Source of the DNA: an uncultured Candidatus Saccharibacteria bacterium
GTDB taxonomy: Bacteria; Patescibacteriota; Minisyncoccia; Phycocordibacterales; UBA2100
Direction of reading: 5' to 3'
Assembly: GCA_964424265.1 (NCBI GenBank)
Contig: CAYRHX010000002.1
Location: 3,345 to 67,344 of the forward strand
DNA: 64,000 nt
Shown in pieces: positions 9,117 through 16,890 of the stretch; position 1 is the stretch's first letter, and each line of letters begins with the position of its first letter. A program made the position numbers and the translations under genes. The notes under the pieces are model-generated. The model was not told the origin of the DNA, did no database searches, and worked only from the letters and a program-made list of their open reading frames with translations.

Positions 9117-9533
9117 CTATTTACTCGCCTTCGGCTTCTTCGCACCGTACAGTGACCGGCCTCGGCGTCGCTTGTCTATACCTCCGGTGTCGAGCTTACC
9201 GCGGACGATAGTGTAACGCACACCGATGTCCTTCACGCGACCACCGCGGATGAGGACCACGGAGTGCTCCTGAAGGTTGTGACCCTCGCCTGGGATATAC
9301 GCGGTGACCTCCATACCATTAGTAAGGCGCACACGAGCGATTTTGCGGATTGCAGAGTTTGGTTTGCGGGGAGTCTTGGTCGTCACGCGAGTGCACACAC
9401 CACGCTTGAAAGGTGCAGAGTAGAAAGAGGGGCGGTTTTCCAAAGTATTAAAACCTCGCGAAAGTGCGATGGTCTTGGTGCGCCAGGTCTTCTTGACCCG
9501 ACCCTTGCGCGTAAGCTGATTGATTGTAGACAT
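9117..9533 (-). CDS. rpsL: 30S ribosomal protein S12
   Basis: [15 protein letters not shown]...[24 protein letters not shown]... is canonical S12. Confidence 0.95.
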   Translation of the reverse strand: MSTINQLTRKGRVKKTWRTKTIALSRGFNTLENRPSFYSAPFKRGVCTRVTTKTPRKPNSAIRKIARVRLTNGMEVTAYIPGEGHNLQEHSVVLIRGGRVKDIGVRYTIVRGKLDTGGIDKRRRGRSLYGAKKPKASK

Positions 9534-9547
9534 TTTGAATGAAAAAC

Positions 9548-9575
9548 TCCTGCCTACCGGCAGGCAGGCCCTAAG
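9548..9575 (-). terminator. Hairpin CCTGCC-TGCCGGTA-GGCAGG followed by a T-run on the minus strand
   Basis: Sits between the stop of the 107-aa gene and the rpsL start; minus-strand reading is cctgcctgccggtaggcagg agttttt. Confidence 0.45.
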
Positions 9576-9620
9576 GGAGTGCGAGGAGTGTACCTTATGA
9601 GATTTATAAAGTCCAGTTCT

Positions 9621-9944
9621 TTATGACCCACCCTTCACGACGACTTCTGCAAGCGCGTATATGGCTGCAGGAAAATCATCTTTTGGGACATCGCTCATGA
9701 CGCTGTCGACGATACTGAAGTGTTCATGCACAAACTTCTTGCAGCTCTCTTCTGAAACATTTTCAAGACCACCAATCTCCGTAAGAAAACCTCTTATGAG
9801 AGTAACCAGCCTTTCGGCATTTACCACTCTCTCAGAGTTCTCCCGGTACCGTCCTGCCTTCTCGGCAAATGGAAGCCCTTTTTCAGCCTTCTCTTGGTTT
9901 CTTATCATCTGACCAAGTGCCGTACCCTTTTCCCATTCCTTCAT
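9621..9944 (-). CDS. Hypothetical small protein (107 aa)
   Basis: ORF only; no motif. Confidence 0.3.
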   Translation of the reverse strand: MKEWEKGTALGQMIRNQEKAEKGLPFAEKAGRYRENSERVVNAERLVTLIRGFLTEIGGLENVSEESCKKFVHEHFSIVDSVMSDVPKDDFPAAIYALAEVVVKGGS

Positions 9945-9957
9945 ACAATGATTCTAG

Positions 9958-9981
9958 CACGACTACACCCCCGCAATCGTG
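9958..9981. repeat. 24-bp direct repeat (cacgactacacccccgcaatcgtg), copy 1; identical to the last 24 bp of the M50 protease gene
   Basis: Exact 24/24 match with 10685..10708. Confidence 0.8.
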
Positions 9982-9984
9982 GTT

Positions 9985-10509
9985 CTACTCAGTAGCACCT
10001 ATCGTCATATACCCCCCGCCGATTGTCGCTATAACAAAAAGCTCGTCCATCCCTGACGGATACATATACTTGAATCTGATGGCGGACACATTTGGGGATG
10101 TGACCCGAACACCCTGCAACACTGACCCTTCTCGAGGCTTCATTACGGTGGAAAACTTCCCATCATCCCCCATCATTTGCAGGACTTGTGTATTCGGGTC
10201 AAATCTAATAAATCGATCCGAGCCACGTAATATTTCCCCGGCATCTCTCCCATAAAAAACCTTGTCATTGACCTGTTCTCCCGCAGTGCTGTTATCATCA
10301 AGATCTCTCGCATATTTATCCAAATAACCAACACCTTCATCGAAACCTTTCTTGTATCCTTGGTGCTGCAGCTCATTAGCAACGATTGCTCCCCCGGCCA
10401 CTCCTGCCACCGCCGCCCCTATTTTTCCAAGAAGTTGTCTCCGCCCAACATTTTCAGGACCTTTGTCCACGGGACCCTTCCTCGTTAGATCTTCGTTCAT
10501 AATGGGCAA
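9985..10509 (-). CDS. Hypothetical exported protein with twin-arginine-like signal (RRQLLGKIGAAVAGVAGGAIVA)
   Basis: ORF; Tat-like motif; bracketed by the 24-bp direct repeats. Confidence 0.45.
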   Translation of the reverse strand: MPIMNEDLTRKGPVDKGPENVGRRQLLGKIGAAVAGVAGGAIVANELQHQGYKKGFDEGVGYLDKYARDLDDNSTAGEQVNDKVFYGRDAGEILRGSDRFIRFDPNTQVLQMMGDDGKFSTVMKPREGSVLQGVRVTSPNVSAIRFKYMYPSGMDELFVIATIGGGYMTIGATE

Positions 10510-10684
10510 TATATCACGGCCTATGCGTGTCTCGTTAAAGTCCGTGGATAAGTCGTGAAAGCTTTGATCTGAGCCAGATTTTCGCGCTTTTACACCTGCG
10601 TGATTTAATGCTTGCTAATTACGCCTCCTTTCCAAATCAAGCAATTTTGCGTCTTCCTTCAATATAGTAAGTACTGAACTTTGT

Positions 10685-10708
10685 CACGACTACACCCCCG
10701 CAATCGTG
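10685..10708. repeat. 24-bp direct repeat, copy 2 (forms the 3' end, ...HTIAGV*, of the M50 protease gene)
   Basis: Exact match to 9958..9981. Confidence 0.8.
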
Positions 10709-11385
10709 TGGGCGATGAGGTAGATGAAACTTCCGAAGGCATCGCCGAGAAGGAGTATGAAAATAACGATGGCACCCATGCCGAGAAATACATTTTGTTC
10801 CATCTTTGCCCGCCACTCTTCATATCCCCGCGCCAGAGATTGAGGAAGGAGCGACTGCAACACCTTTGACCCATCAAGCGGCGGAATGGGGATGAGGTTG
10901 AAAATGCCGAGCATTATATTTACAACAACGATGACAAAAAGAATATCGCTCATAGAGGCAAGCATCCCTGTACGAATGATGATCGATCCGATGACCGCGA
11001 TTACGAAATTCGACAAGGGTCCTGCAAAAGCAACGATTGCTTCGGAAAAACGGCCGGGGCGTAGATTGTAAGGATTGTACGGTACTGGCTTCGCCCATGC
11101 GAAAAAGAAGGGTGCCTGCGATAAAGCCAACATGACAGGAAGGAGGATCGAACCAAATAGATCGATGTGCGGAATGGGATTGAGTGTAAGTCGGCCAGCA
11201 TAGCGCGCGGTCGGATCCCCAAGCTTCTCGGCAGCAACGCCATGCATCACCTCGTGGATGATCGCAGAAAAGATGATGACCACTATGAGGAAAATCGTGT
11301 CAACAATTTGCATAAGCAGTTGCCGAATGGTACCATGCGCCGCTATATGGCAAGAGTGTGTGAAATAACAGGCAAGAAAAGCCAA
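10690..11385 (-). CDS. Site-2 protease family zinc metalloprotease (peptidase M50)
   Basis: Multi-TM protein with HEVMHGVAAEKLG (HExxH) and downstream FAGPLSNFVIAV LDG motifs typical of M50/SpoIVFB-like proteases. The start may be the internal Met at about 11313, since rpmB starts at 11347 on the other strand. Confidence 0.75.
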   Translation of the reverse strand: MAFLACYFTHSCHIAAHGTIRQLLMQIVDTIFLIVVIIFSAIIHEVMHGVAAEKLGDPTARYAGRLTLNPIPHIDLFGSILLPVMLALSQAPFFFAWAKPVPYNPYNLRPGRFSEAIVAFAGPLSNFVIAVIGSIIIRTGMLASMSDILFVIVVVNIMLGIFNLIPIPPLDGSKVLQSLLPQSLARGYEEWRAKMEQNVFLGMGAIVIFILLLGDAFGSFIYLIAHTIAGV

Positions 11386-11589
11386 GTGGGGGGCGGGTAT
11401 TCCAACCGCGTCCGCGCGACCAAATTCAATCCCACGGGCAAGCGCCGCCGCTTCGTAAACCTCCAGAAAAAGACCCTTTTCATCCCCGAACTCGGCAAGA
11501 AGGTCACCGTAGTGGTATCAGCAAAAGGCTTAAAGACAATGAAGAAACGCGGCGCATTTCTCACGCTCAAGAAGGCGGGGATGATCTAA
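11347..11589 (+). CDS. rpmB: 50S ribosomal protein L28
   Basis: MARVCEITGKKSQVGGGYSNRVRATKFNPTGKRRRFVNLQKK... is canonical L28; the track ORF 11167..11589 over-extends 5'. Confidence 0.85.
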   Translation: MARVCEITGKKSQVGGGYSNRVRATKFNPTGKRRRFVNLQKKTLFIPELGKKVTVVVSAKGLKTMKKRGAFLTLKKAGMI

Positions 11590-12440
11590 ATCTTCTGTAC
11601 GGTTTTGCCGTCGGATACAAACGAGACCGTACCGTCAGTGCACGTGTCTGAAAGCGATATCTGCAGTCGCGCAAACGTGTCGAGTGTTTGCTGGTGCGGA
11701 TGACCGTAGGTGTTGTCACACCCTCGCGAGAGCACACCGTACTCGGGACCAACGAATCCGACGAAGGCAAGTGCCGATGAGGTCTTCGATCCATGGTGTC
11801 CGGCTTTTAACACATCGGACCTTAGCTTCCCGCCGTCCAGAGCGACAAGATACTTTTCGATCGACTGCGGCGCGTCACATGAGAGCATGAAAGCAGTATC
11901 GCCATAGACAAGCCGCGCTACAACACATCCTGTATTCGTCTCGAGGTGCGGTACCAAGCGGTCAGGAAACAATATTTCGAGATACGCACCGCTGCCGAGG
12001 ACGATAATCTGCCCGCGTAACGCCGTCACCTGCCGCGCTTTCTCTTTCGCAATTCTCTCTCCAAGCGTACGCCACATCTGTGTATCACCTTCCACACTCG
12101 ACGTAATCGCCATCCCCACCTCGTACCTATCAAGTACATCAATAAGCCCACCGATATGATCGGCATCGGGATGCGTAGCGATCATTACATCAATACTACG
12201 GTCATACCACGGCATTACATCCGATAGCGCACGCAGCACAGAACTCCCCTTCCCACCGTCGATAAGTACTTGCCGCCCCGACGGGGCATCGATAAATATT
12301 GCGTCACCTTGCCCGACATCAAGAAATGAGACCGTGAGCATTCCACCCCGTTCTCCCCTCAAAACGACATACCAAACACAAGCGGAAATAATAATGAAGA
12401 CAAGGATCGCAATACCTCTTACCTTTGAACTGCGCCGCAT
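11586..12440 (-). CDS. ComEC C-terminal-type metallo-beta-lactamase domain protein (membrane-anchored), separate gene
   Basis: TM helix then LTVSFLDVGQGDAIFIDAPSG...IATHPDADHIGG...KAGHHGSKTSS... is the ComEC/Rec2 lactamase_B domain. Start chosen at MRRSSKVRG; the track ORF extends to 12488. Confidence 0.8.
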   Translation of the reverse strand: MRRSSKVRGIAILVFIIISACVWYVVLRGERGGMLTVSFLDVGQGDAIFIDAPSGRQVLIDGGKGSSVLRALSDVMPWYDRSIDVMIATHPDADHIGGLIDVLDRYEVGMAITSSVEGDTQMWRTLGERIAKEKARQVTALRGQIIVLGSGAYLEILFPDRLVPHLETNTGCVVARLVYGDTAFMLSCDAPQSIEKYLVALDGGKLRSDVLKAGHHGSKTSSALAFVGFVGPEYGVLSRGCDNTYGHPHQQTLDTFARLQISLSDTCTDGTVSFVSDGKTVQKI

Positions 12441-12463
12441 GGAGACAATGATATACTCTCCGC

Positions 12464-13060
12464 ATGCACACATACACTCCAAAAACATTTACCATCTCCG
12501 CACTCGACGGCATCTCTTCGAAATCAATTGAGGAACACTTGGGACTCTACCAAGGCTACGTGAAGAACTTTAATGCTATCTCCAAACAAATCGCGGAGCT
12601 TGCTACGAGTGATGCGGAGAAGTACACGCACGCAATTTCTGAGCTTGTACGTCGGCGCTCGTTTGAATTCGACGGCATGCGATTGCATGAGCTCTACTTT
12701 GCGCAGCTAGAAGGAGGGCCGACGCCACTCACCCAAGGAAGCGCGCTTGAGAAAGTGCTCATGAGCTCCTACGCGCCGTTTACATGCGAGAAAGTGATGA
12801 AGATGATCGGCAGCATGCGCGGGCCCGGCTGGGCAATACTCTATTTCGACCCTGAAGCAAAAGAGCTCCTTACTGGATTTTCTGGAGAACAACACCAAGG
12901 TCACTTCGCTACCCTCCCCATCATCCTCGCACTCGACGTGTGGGAGCACGCGTATCTGCTCGATTATGGCGCGCTCGGCAAGGCAAAATACCTCGACGCA
13001 TTTTTCAAGAATCTGAATTGGGGCGTCATCGAAAGGAGATTTGCTACGGCACAAAAGTAA
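12464..13060 (+). CDS. sodA: Fe/Mn superoxide dismutase
   Basis: ...HELYFAQLEGG...LALDVWEHAYLLDYGALGKAKYLDAFFKNLNW carries the SOD signature DVWEHAYY. Confidence 0.9.
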   Translation: MHTYTPKTFTISALDGISSKSIEEHLGLYQGYVKNFNAISKQIAELATSDAEKYTHAISELVRRRSFEFDGMRLHELYFAQLEGGPTPLTQGSALEKVLMSSYAPFTCEKVMKMIGSMRGPGWAILYFDPEAKELLTGFSGEQHQGHFATLPIILALDVWEHAYLLDYGALGKAKYLDAFFKNLNWGVIERRFATAQK

Positions 13061-13164
13061 CAAACACCAAAGCCCGGTTTCCACAACCAACCCCGCGCCG
13101 CCCTTTCACCCCAGAAAGGTATGGTATTCTGTACCTGTTACACCTTATTTATAATTATTACCTT

Positions 13165-13608
13165 ATGAACCTCGAACGATCATTTCTTATCGGTTTCCTC
13201 GGCAACTACCTGATCAACACTATCGTCGCAGCGATCGTCGCGCTTGCTCCCCGATCGACTACGGGTGGCGTGCTTACCATTCAGTACATACTCTTTGTCG
13301 GCCTCTCCGCAGTCGTGGTCGCAGGACTCGCCAAGTGGTATATGGGTGACGCACCTCGCACCATTAAGAGTGGCGCGCTCTTCGGCGTTATGGGTTTTGT
13401 TGTCGCCGTAGTCACAGCCTTTGTGACGGGTGTCGCCGGAGTCTTGGCTCAAACAGGCTCGTTTTCTGCTGTTGCAGGTGTCTTGCCTAATTTCTGGCCT
13501 TTCATCGCCAACTGGTCGACCCTCTTCCTCGTCGGCTACTGGATAATCCCAGGCGCACTCGTTGGATTCCTCCTCCAACCAAAAAGCGCTCAGCAGCCGA
13601 TGATGTAA
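13165..13608 (+). CDS. Hypothetical integral membrane protein
   Basis: MNLERSFLIGFLGNYLINTIVAAIVA... has several TM segments; the start is uncertain (the track ORF begins at 12940, overlapping sod). Confidence 0.4.
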   Translation: MNLERSFLIGFLGNYLINTIVAAIVALAPRSTTGGVLTIQYILFVGLSAVVVAGLAKWYMGDAPRTIKSGALFGVMGFVVAVVTAFVTGVAGVLAQTGSFSAVAGVLPNFWPFIANWSTLFLVGYWIIPGALVGFLLQPKSAQQPMM

Positions 13609-13628
13609 TCAGCTTCGTACATTGCCAG

Positions 13629-13657
13629 AAAACAGCCGCGCTTGTCGCGGCTGTTTT
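13629..13657. terminator. Bidirectional terminator hairpin AAAACAGCCGCG-cttgt-CGCGGCTGTTTT
   Basis: Seen directly between convergent gene ends. Confidence 0.55.
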
Positions 13658-15138
13658 CATTTACGCAACCACAACCACGCGACGCCCAAGAGTATGTACG
13701 CCCCAAGCATCCACCATGCACTGAAGGCAGGAATCGAGACAGCCGCAAAAGGGAGCGCTGCGAAGGACTGCGCAACGGCGATGATGTACCAAAGCAGTGC
13801 GTACGCTGGCGCCGCGAGAGGAAGCGCATACGAGCCAAACATCATTCCACCCAGTGCCGCAACGAACGACGCGCCCATCGCGTAGGGCACCGCCACGAGT
13901 GCGAGCAGATTGGCGGGCAGTGCAACCAAGGAAAAGAGTCCATTTTGAAAAAGGAGGAGGGGTAAAACTGTGATCTGTGTGGCGACGGTAGACGAGAAAA
14001 TTTCCCGCAAGCCAAATTTTTCTGGCATCCATACGAGTCGCGCTGACAAGGGCTCCGTAAAAAGAATGAGACCGAGTGTTGCGAGTATCGACAACTGGAA
14101 TCCTGGGTCAAAAGCGAGGTACAGCGGATTCCACGCTACCATCCCAAGCGCGACCACACCCAAAATACGGAGAGCTAAGAAGGTGCGCGCCGTCGCACGC
14201 GCGTAGACCGCAATCATGGACATAGCGCCGGCGCGCACCGCGCTCGGAGCTCCGCCCGTCATCAAGACGACAAAAAGCACCGCCGAGGCAATCCCCCCAT
14301 ACTGGACAACTCTGGGAAGAAAGACGAGTCCCCGGCGCACCATGTTGATGACAATAGTGATGTTGTATCCCGAAAGCACCACGACGTGAATGAGAGAAGC
14401 GGTTTTGAACACTTCGGAAAGCTCTTTCCCGATCGAACGTTTGTCACCGACGGTGATTCCCCCCGCAAGTCCTGATTCGGGCTCCGGCAGGACCGCTTGG
14501 AGCCCTGCGAGAAATGTATGCTTCACCGCGATCGCGGATGCTTGCAATATATTGCCGTGATTTTCACCGAGTGATTCCGCCTCGGCGGAGATGAGCATGT
14601 ATCCGATCCCATCTTTTGCGAGAAACATCGGATAATTAAATTGTCGACCCTCGCTCGTACCAAACGATTCGGGTAGTTCGAGGACCCCTTCCACTCGCAC
14701 GGTATCGCCATATGCGATCTTCGTGTGCGCCGGGACCACGGCGAGGATGCCTGTGCGCACGGACACCGACGTACTTCCGACGAGAAGCGCCGTGACGTCG
14801 ACATGTACACGGATGTTGGATTCTCGCACATCAAGGTCACCCACAACCACCCCTTCGACAACGACTTTTGTATTCAAACGCTCATCGAGCACAGAATCCC
14901 CCATCGAGGCCACGCTCGCCACACGCAGCGCACCGAGAGCAAATGCGCACAATGCGATCACAATGAAGATAGAACGACGTACTCCTGATTTCTCAAGCCA
15001 TGAGATGAGCAGCGTGACGAGTGCGAGCAATAAAAGGAAGACGAGCGTGGCAAAGCCGATGAAGAAAAAGGAGCTCACGAAAACGCCGGAAAGAAATCCG
15101 ACGATAACAGCCCACACGATGTGCGTGACCATCGACAC
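13657..15138 (-). CDS. comEC: ComEC/Rec2 N-terminal channel part (DUF4131 + Competence domain), lacks the lactamase domain
   Basis: 493-aa polytopic membrane protein, ...VVLSGYNITIVINMVRRGL...; domain recognition by eye. Confidence 0.75.
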   Translation of the reverse strand: MSMVTHIVWAVIVGFLSGVFVSSFFFIGFATLVFLLLLALVTLLISWLEKSGVRRSIFIVIALCAFALGALRVASVASMGDSVLDERLNTKVVVEGVVVGDLDVRESNIRVHVDVTALLVGSTSVSVRTGILAVVPAHTKIAYGDTVRVEGVLELPESFGTSEGRQFNYPMFLAKDGIGYMLISAEAESLGENHGNILQASAIAVKHTFLAGLQAVLPEPESGLAGGITVGDKRSIGKELSEVFKTASLIHVVVLSGYNITIVINMVRRGLVFLPRVVQYGGIASAVLFVVLMTGGAPSAVRAGAMSMIAVYARATARTFLALRILGVVALGMVAWNPLYLAFDPGFQLSILATLGLILFTEPLSARLVWMPEKFGLREIFSSTVATQITVLPLLLFQNGLFSLVALPANLLALVAVPYAMGASFVAALGGMMFGSYALPLAAPAYALLWYIIAVAQSFAALPFAAVSIPAFSAWWMLGAYILLGVAWLWLRK

Positions 15139-15166
15139 AGCGTATCAAACAAATCCCGCGCGAATC

Positions 15167-15316
15167 TAGAGCACGTTTGAAAACGCTTAACCGGAGTGAG
15201 GGGCGGCATTCCCGAGGAATCCCCGCAGTACGAAGAGTGCGAGGATTGAGGATTTTCCAGCAGGAAAATCCGGGTTCCGAGGGAATACCGCCTCGGAGCA
15301 GAGGTTTTCAAATATG
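15167..15316 (+). mobile_element. MITE-like ~147-bp inverted-repeat element, copy 1
   Basis: TAGAGCACGTTTGAAAAC ... GTTTTCAAATATG terminal inverted repeats; internal perfect hairpin GGATTTTCC-agca-GGAAAATCC and arm pairing GGCGGCATTCCC / GGGAATACCGCC. About 90% identical to 28560..28707. Confidence 0.7.
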
Positions 15317-15318
15317 TT

Positions 15319-15633
15319 CTACAATTTCTTGATATCGAGCTTCTCCAATCGCAGCGCCTTGAACAAGGCGTACACAATGGCAGCAATAATGATGAAGTCT
15401 ATTGCATTGGAGAGAAAGGCTCCGATCTTCACCGATCCGAGTGACCAGCCTGCAAGCGAATCAGCCGATCCGATCAGCGCACCGATAATCGGATTGAGTA
15501 GATCTTGCACAAAAGATGAAACGACCTTCGAAACGGCCGTGCCCAGAATGAATCCTATGGCGAGCCCCATCACGCCCTGTTCCCGTATGAAATTGATGAA
15601 GCCCTGGAATGACCCAACGATATGATCTTGCAT
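15319..15633 (-). CDS. mscL: Large-conductance mechanosensitive channel
   Basis: MQDHIVGSFQGFINFIREQGVMGLAIGFILGTA... is canonical MscL. Confidence 0.85.
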   Translation of the reverse strand: MQDHIVGSFQGFINFIREQGVMGLAIGFILGTAVSKVVSSFVQDLLNPIIGALIGSADSLAGWSLGSVKIGAFLSNAIDFIIIAAIVYALFKALRLEKLDIKKL

Positions 15634-15644
15634 GCTTATTTCTA

Positions 15645-16061
15645 CTATGATTCTTGCGCCTCGTCCATCGCCTCATTCGCGAGTCGATCGGCAACCGTAT
15701 TCTCCTCACGCGGTACGTATACAAATTTGATGCGCAAAAAATCCGCGGAGATCATCGCTCGCACTTTTGCATGCTGCAATTTCAATGCAGGTTCTTTTAT
15801 CTTCCAATGACCTGAGATTTGCTCAACGATAAGTTTGCTGTCGGCACGAACTTCGATCTCACGATCTTCTAAACCCATTTTTTTTGCTTCCCTGAGTGCG
15901 AGCACCACCGCCTCATACTCTGCCCAATTGTTAGTCTGCTCTCCCAAATACTTTTTCACTTCCGCGAGCACGCGCTCCCCCTCTAAAATCACCGCGCCCG
16001 CGCCCGCGGGCCCAGGATTATTTCGAGCGCCGCCGTCGGTGTATATGATTACTTTCGACAC
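15645..16061 (-). CDS. rnhA: Ribonuclease HI
   Basis: IIYTDGGARNNPGPAGAGAVI...NNWAEYEAVVLAL...ENTVADRLANEAMD has the RNase H catalytic residues. Confidence 0.9.
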   Translation of the reverse strand: MSKVIIYTDGGARNNPGPAGAGAVILEGERVLAEVKKYLGEQTNNWAEYEAVVLALREAKKMGLEDREIEVRADSKLIVEQISGHWKIKEPALKLQHAKVRAMISADFLRIKFVYVPREENTVADRLANEAMDEAQES

Positions 16062-16068
16062 AAGAATT

Positions 16069-16836
16069 CTACGCGACGGGAGTATGTCCAGGCGCAGGAG
16101 GAGTTGTTACGGGATTCGCAGGAGCGGGAGCATCAGAGACAACAGCGTTCGGGCAGAGCGTGCGATAGAGGTGCGCCATTGCGAGCAGTGAGACTGGAAT
16201 CGAGACGAGAAGCCCGACCAAGAGAGCAATCGCTCCAAGAATGTTGAGGAGCCCGAGCACGATCGTGAAGAGGATTATTTTACCCGCGACGTGTTGTGTC
16301 GCTCGAAAACTTTCCTTGATTGCGTCACCCGGCCCTTTTCCGGCATCAAGCACAAGATACTGCACAAACGTAAGTCGAGCACTCGCGTAGAGCATCCATG
16401 CCACAGCAAGTAGCGCAATAATCACCACAAGAAGAACGGAGCTCGAACCCATTGTGGGTTTCCCCGAAGCCTGGGCGAGCGCGCCGATAGACATAGCAGC
16501 GACGATACCTGCAACAAAGATGGGGCCCGCGGTAATCGCCCCTTTTAGAATCCCGGCTCCAATATATCGCCAGAAACCGACAGTATTCTTGAACACTGCA
16601 AACGAAGCAGTCTCGACAGAATCATGCGCCCCAAGAAACAAGCGGATCATGCCCATCCCAACAAATATGCCAGCGACGACTGAAAAGATAAATCCCAGAA
16701 CAGGAATCGCGCTAAGCATTTGCAGTGCAAATTGCACGACGAGCAATAAGCACACCGCTCCCACAAAAAACCACGGTCGCCTTTTAAAGGTCTCCCACCC
16801 AAACGTAATCATCTCCCCTATTGAAAATGTATTCAT
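16069..16836 (-). CDS. Hypothetical polytopic membrane protein (DUF975-like), Pro-rich C-terminus
   Basis: TM-rich ORF; weak resemblance only. Confidence 0.4.
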   Translation of the reverse strand: MNTFSIGEMITFGWETFKRRPWFFVGAVCLLLVVQFALQMLSAIPVLGFIFSVVAGIFVGMGMIRLFLGAHDSVETASFAVFKNTVGFWRYIGAGILKGAITAGPIFVAGIVAAMSIGALAQASGKPTMGSSSVLLVVIIALLAVAWMLYASARLTFVQYLVLDAGKGPGDAIKESFRATQHVAGKIILFTIVLGLLNILGAIALLVGLLVSIPVSLLAMAHLYRTLCPNAVVSDAPAPANPVTTPPAPGHTPVA

Positions 16837-16890
16837 AGAAATAGGCTACCACGACTCACAGAAAATCATAGTCCCTCACTTCACAACTCG

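Noticed and set aside
11167-11346. 5' extension of the rpmB ORF (MRNGIECKS...)
   Set aside because: L28 homology starts at MARVCEITG (11347); the extension overlaps the M50 protease gene on the opposite strand.
12940-13164. 5' extension of the membrane-protein ORF overlapping the sod 3' end
   Set aside because: It overlaps a confidently called sod; an internal Met at 13165 precedes the first TM helix.
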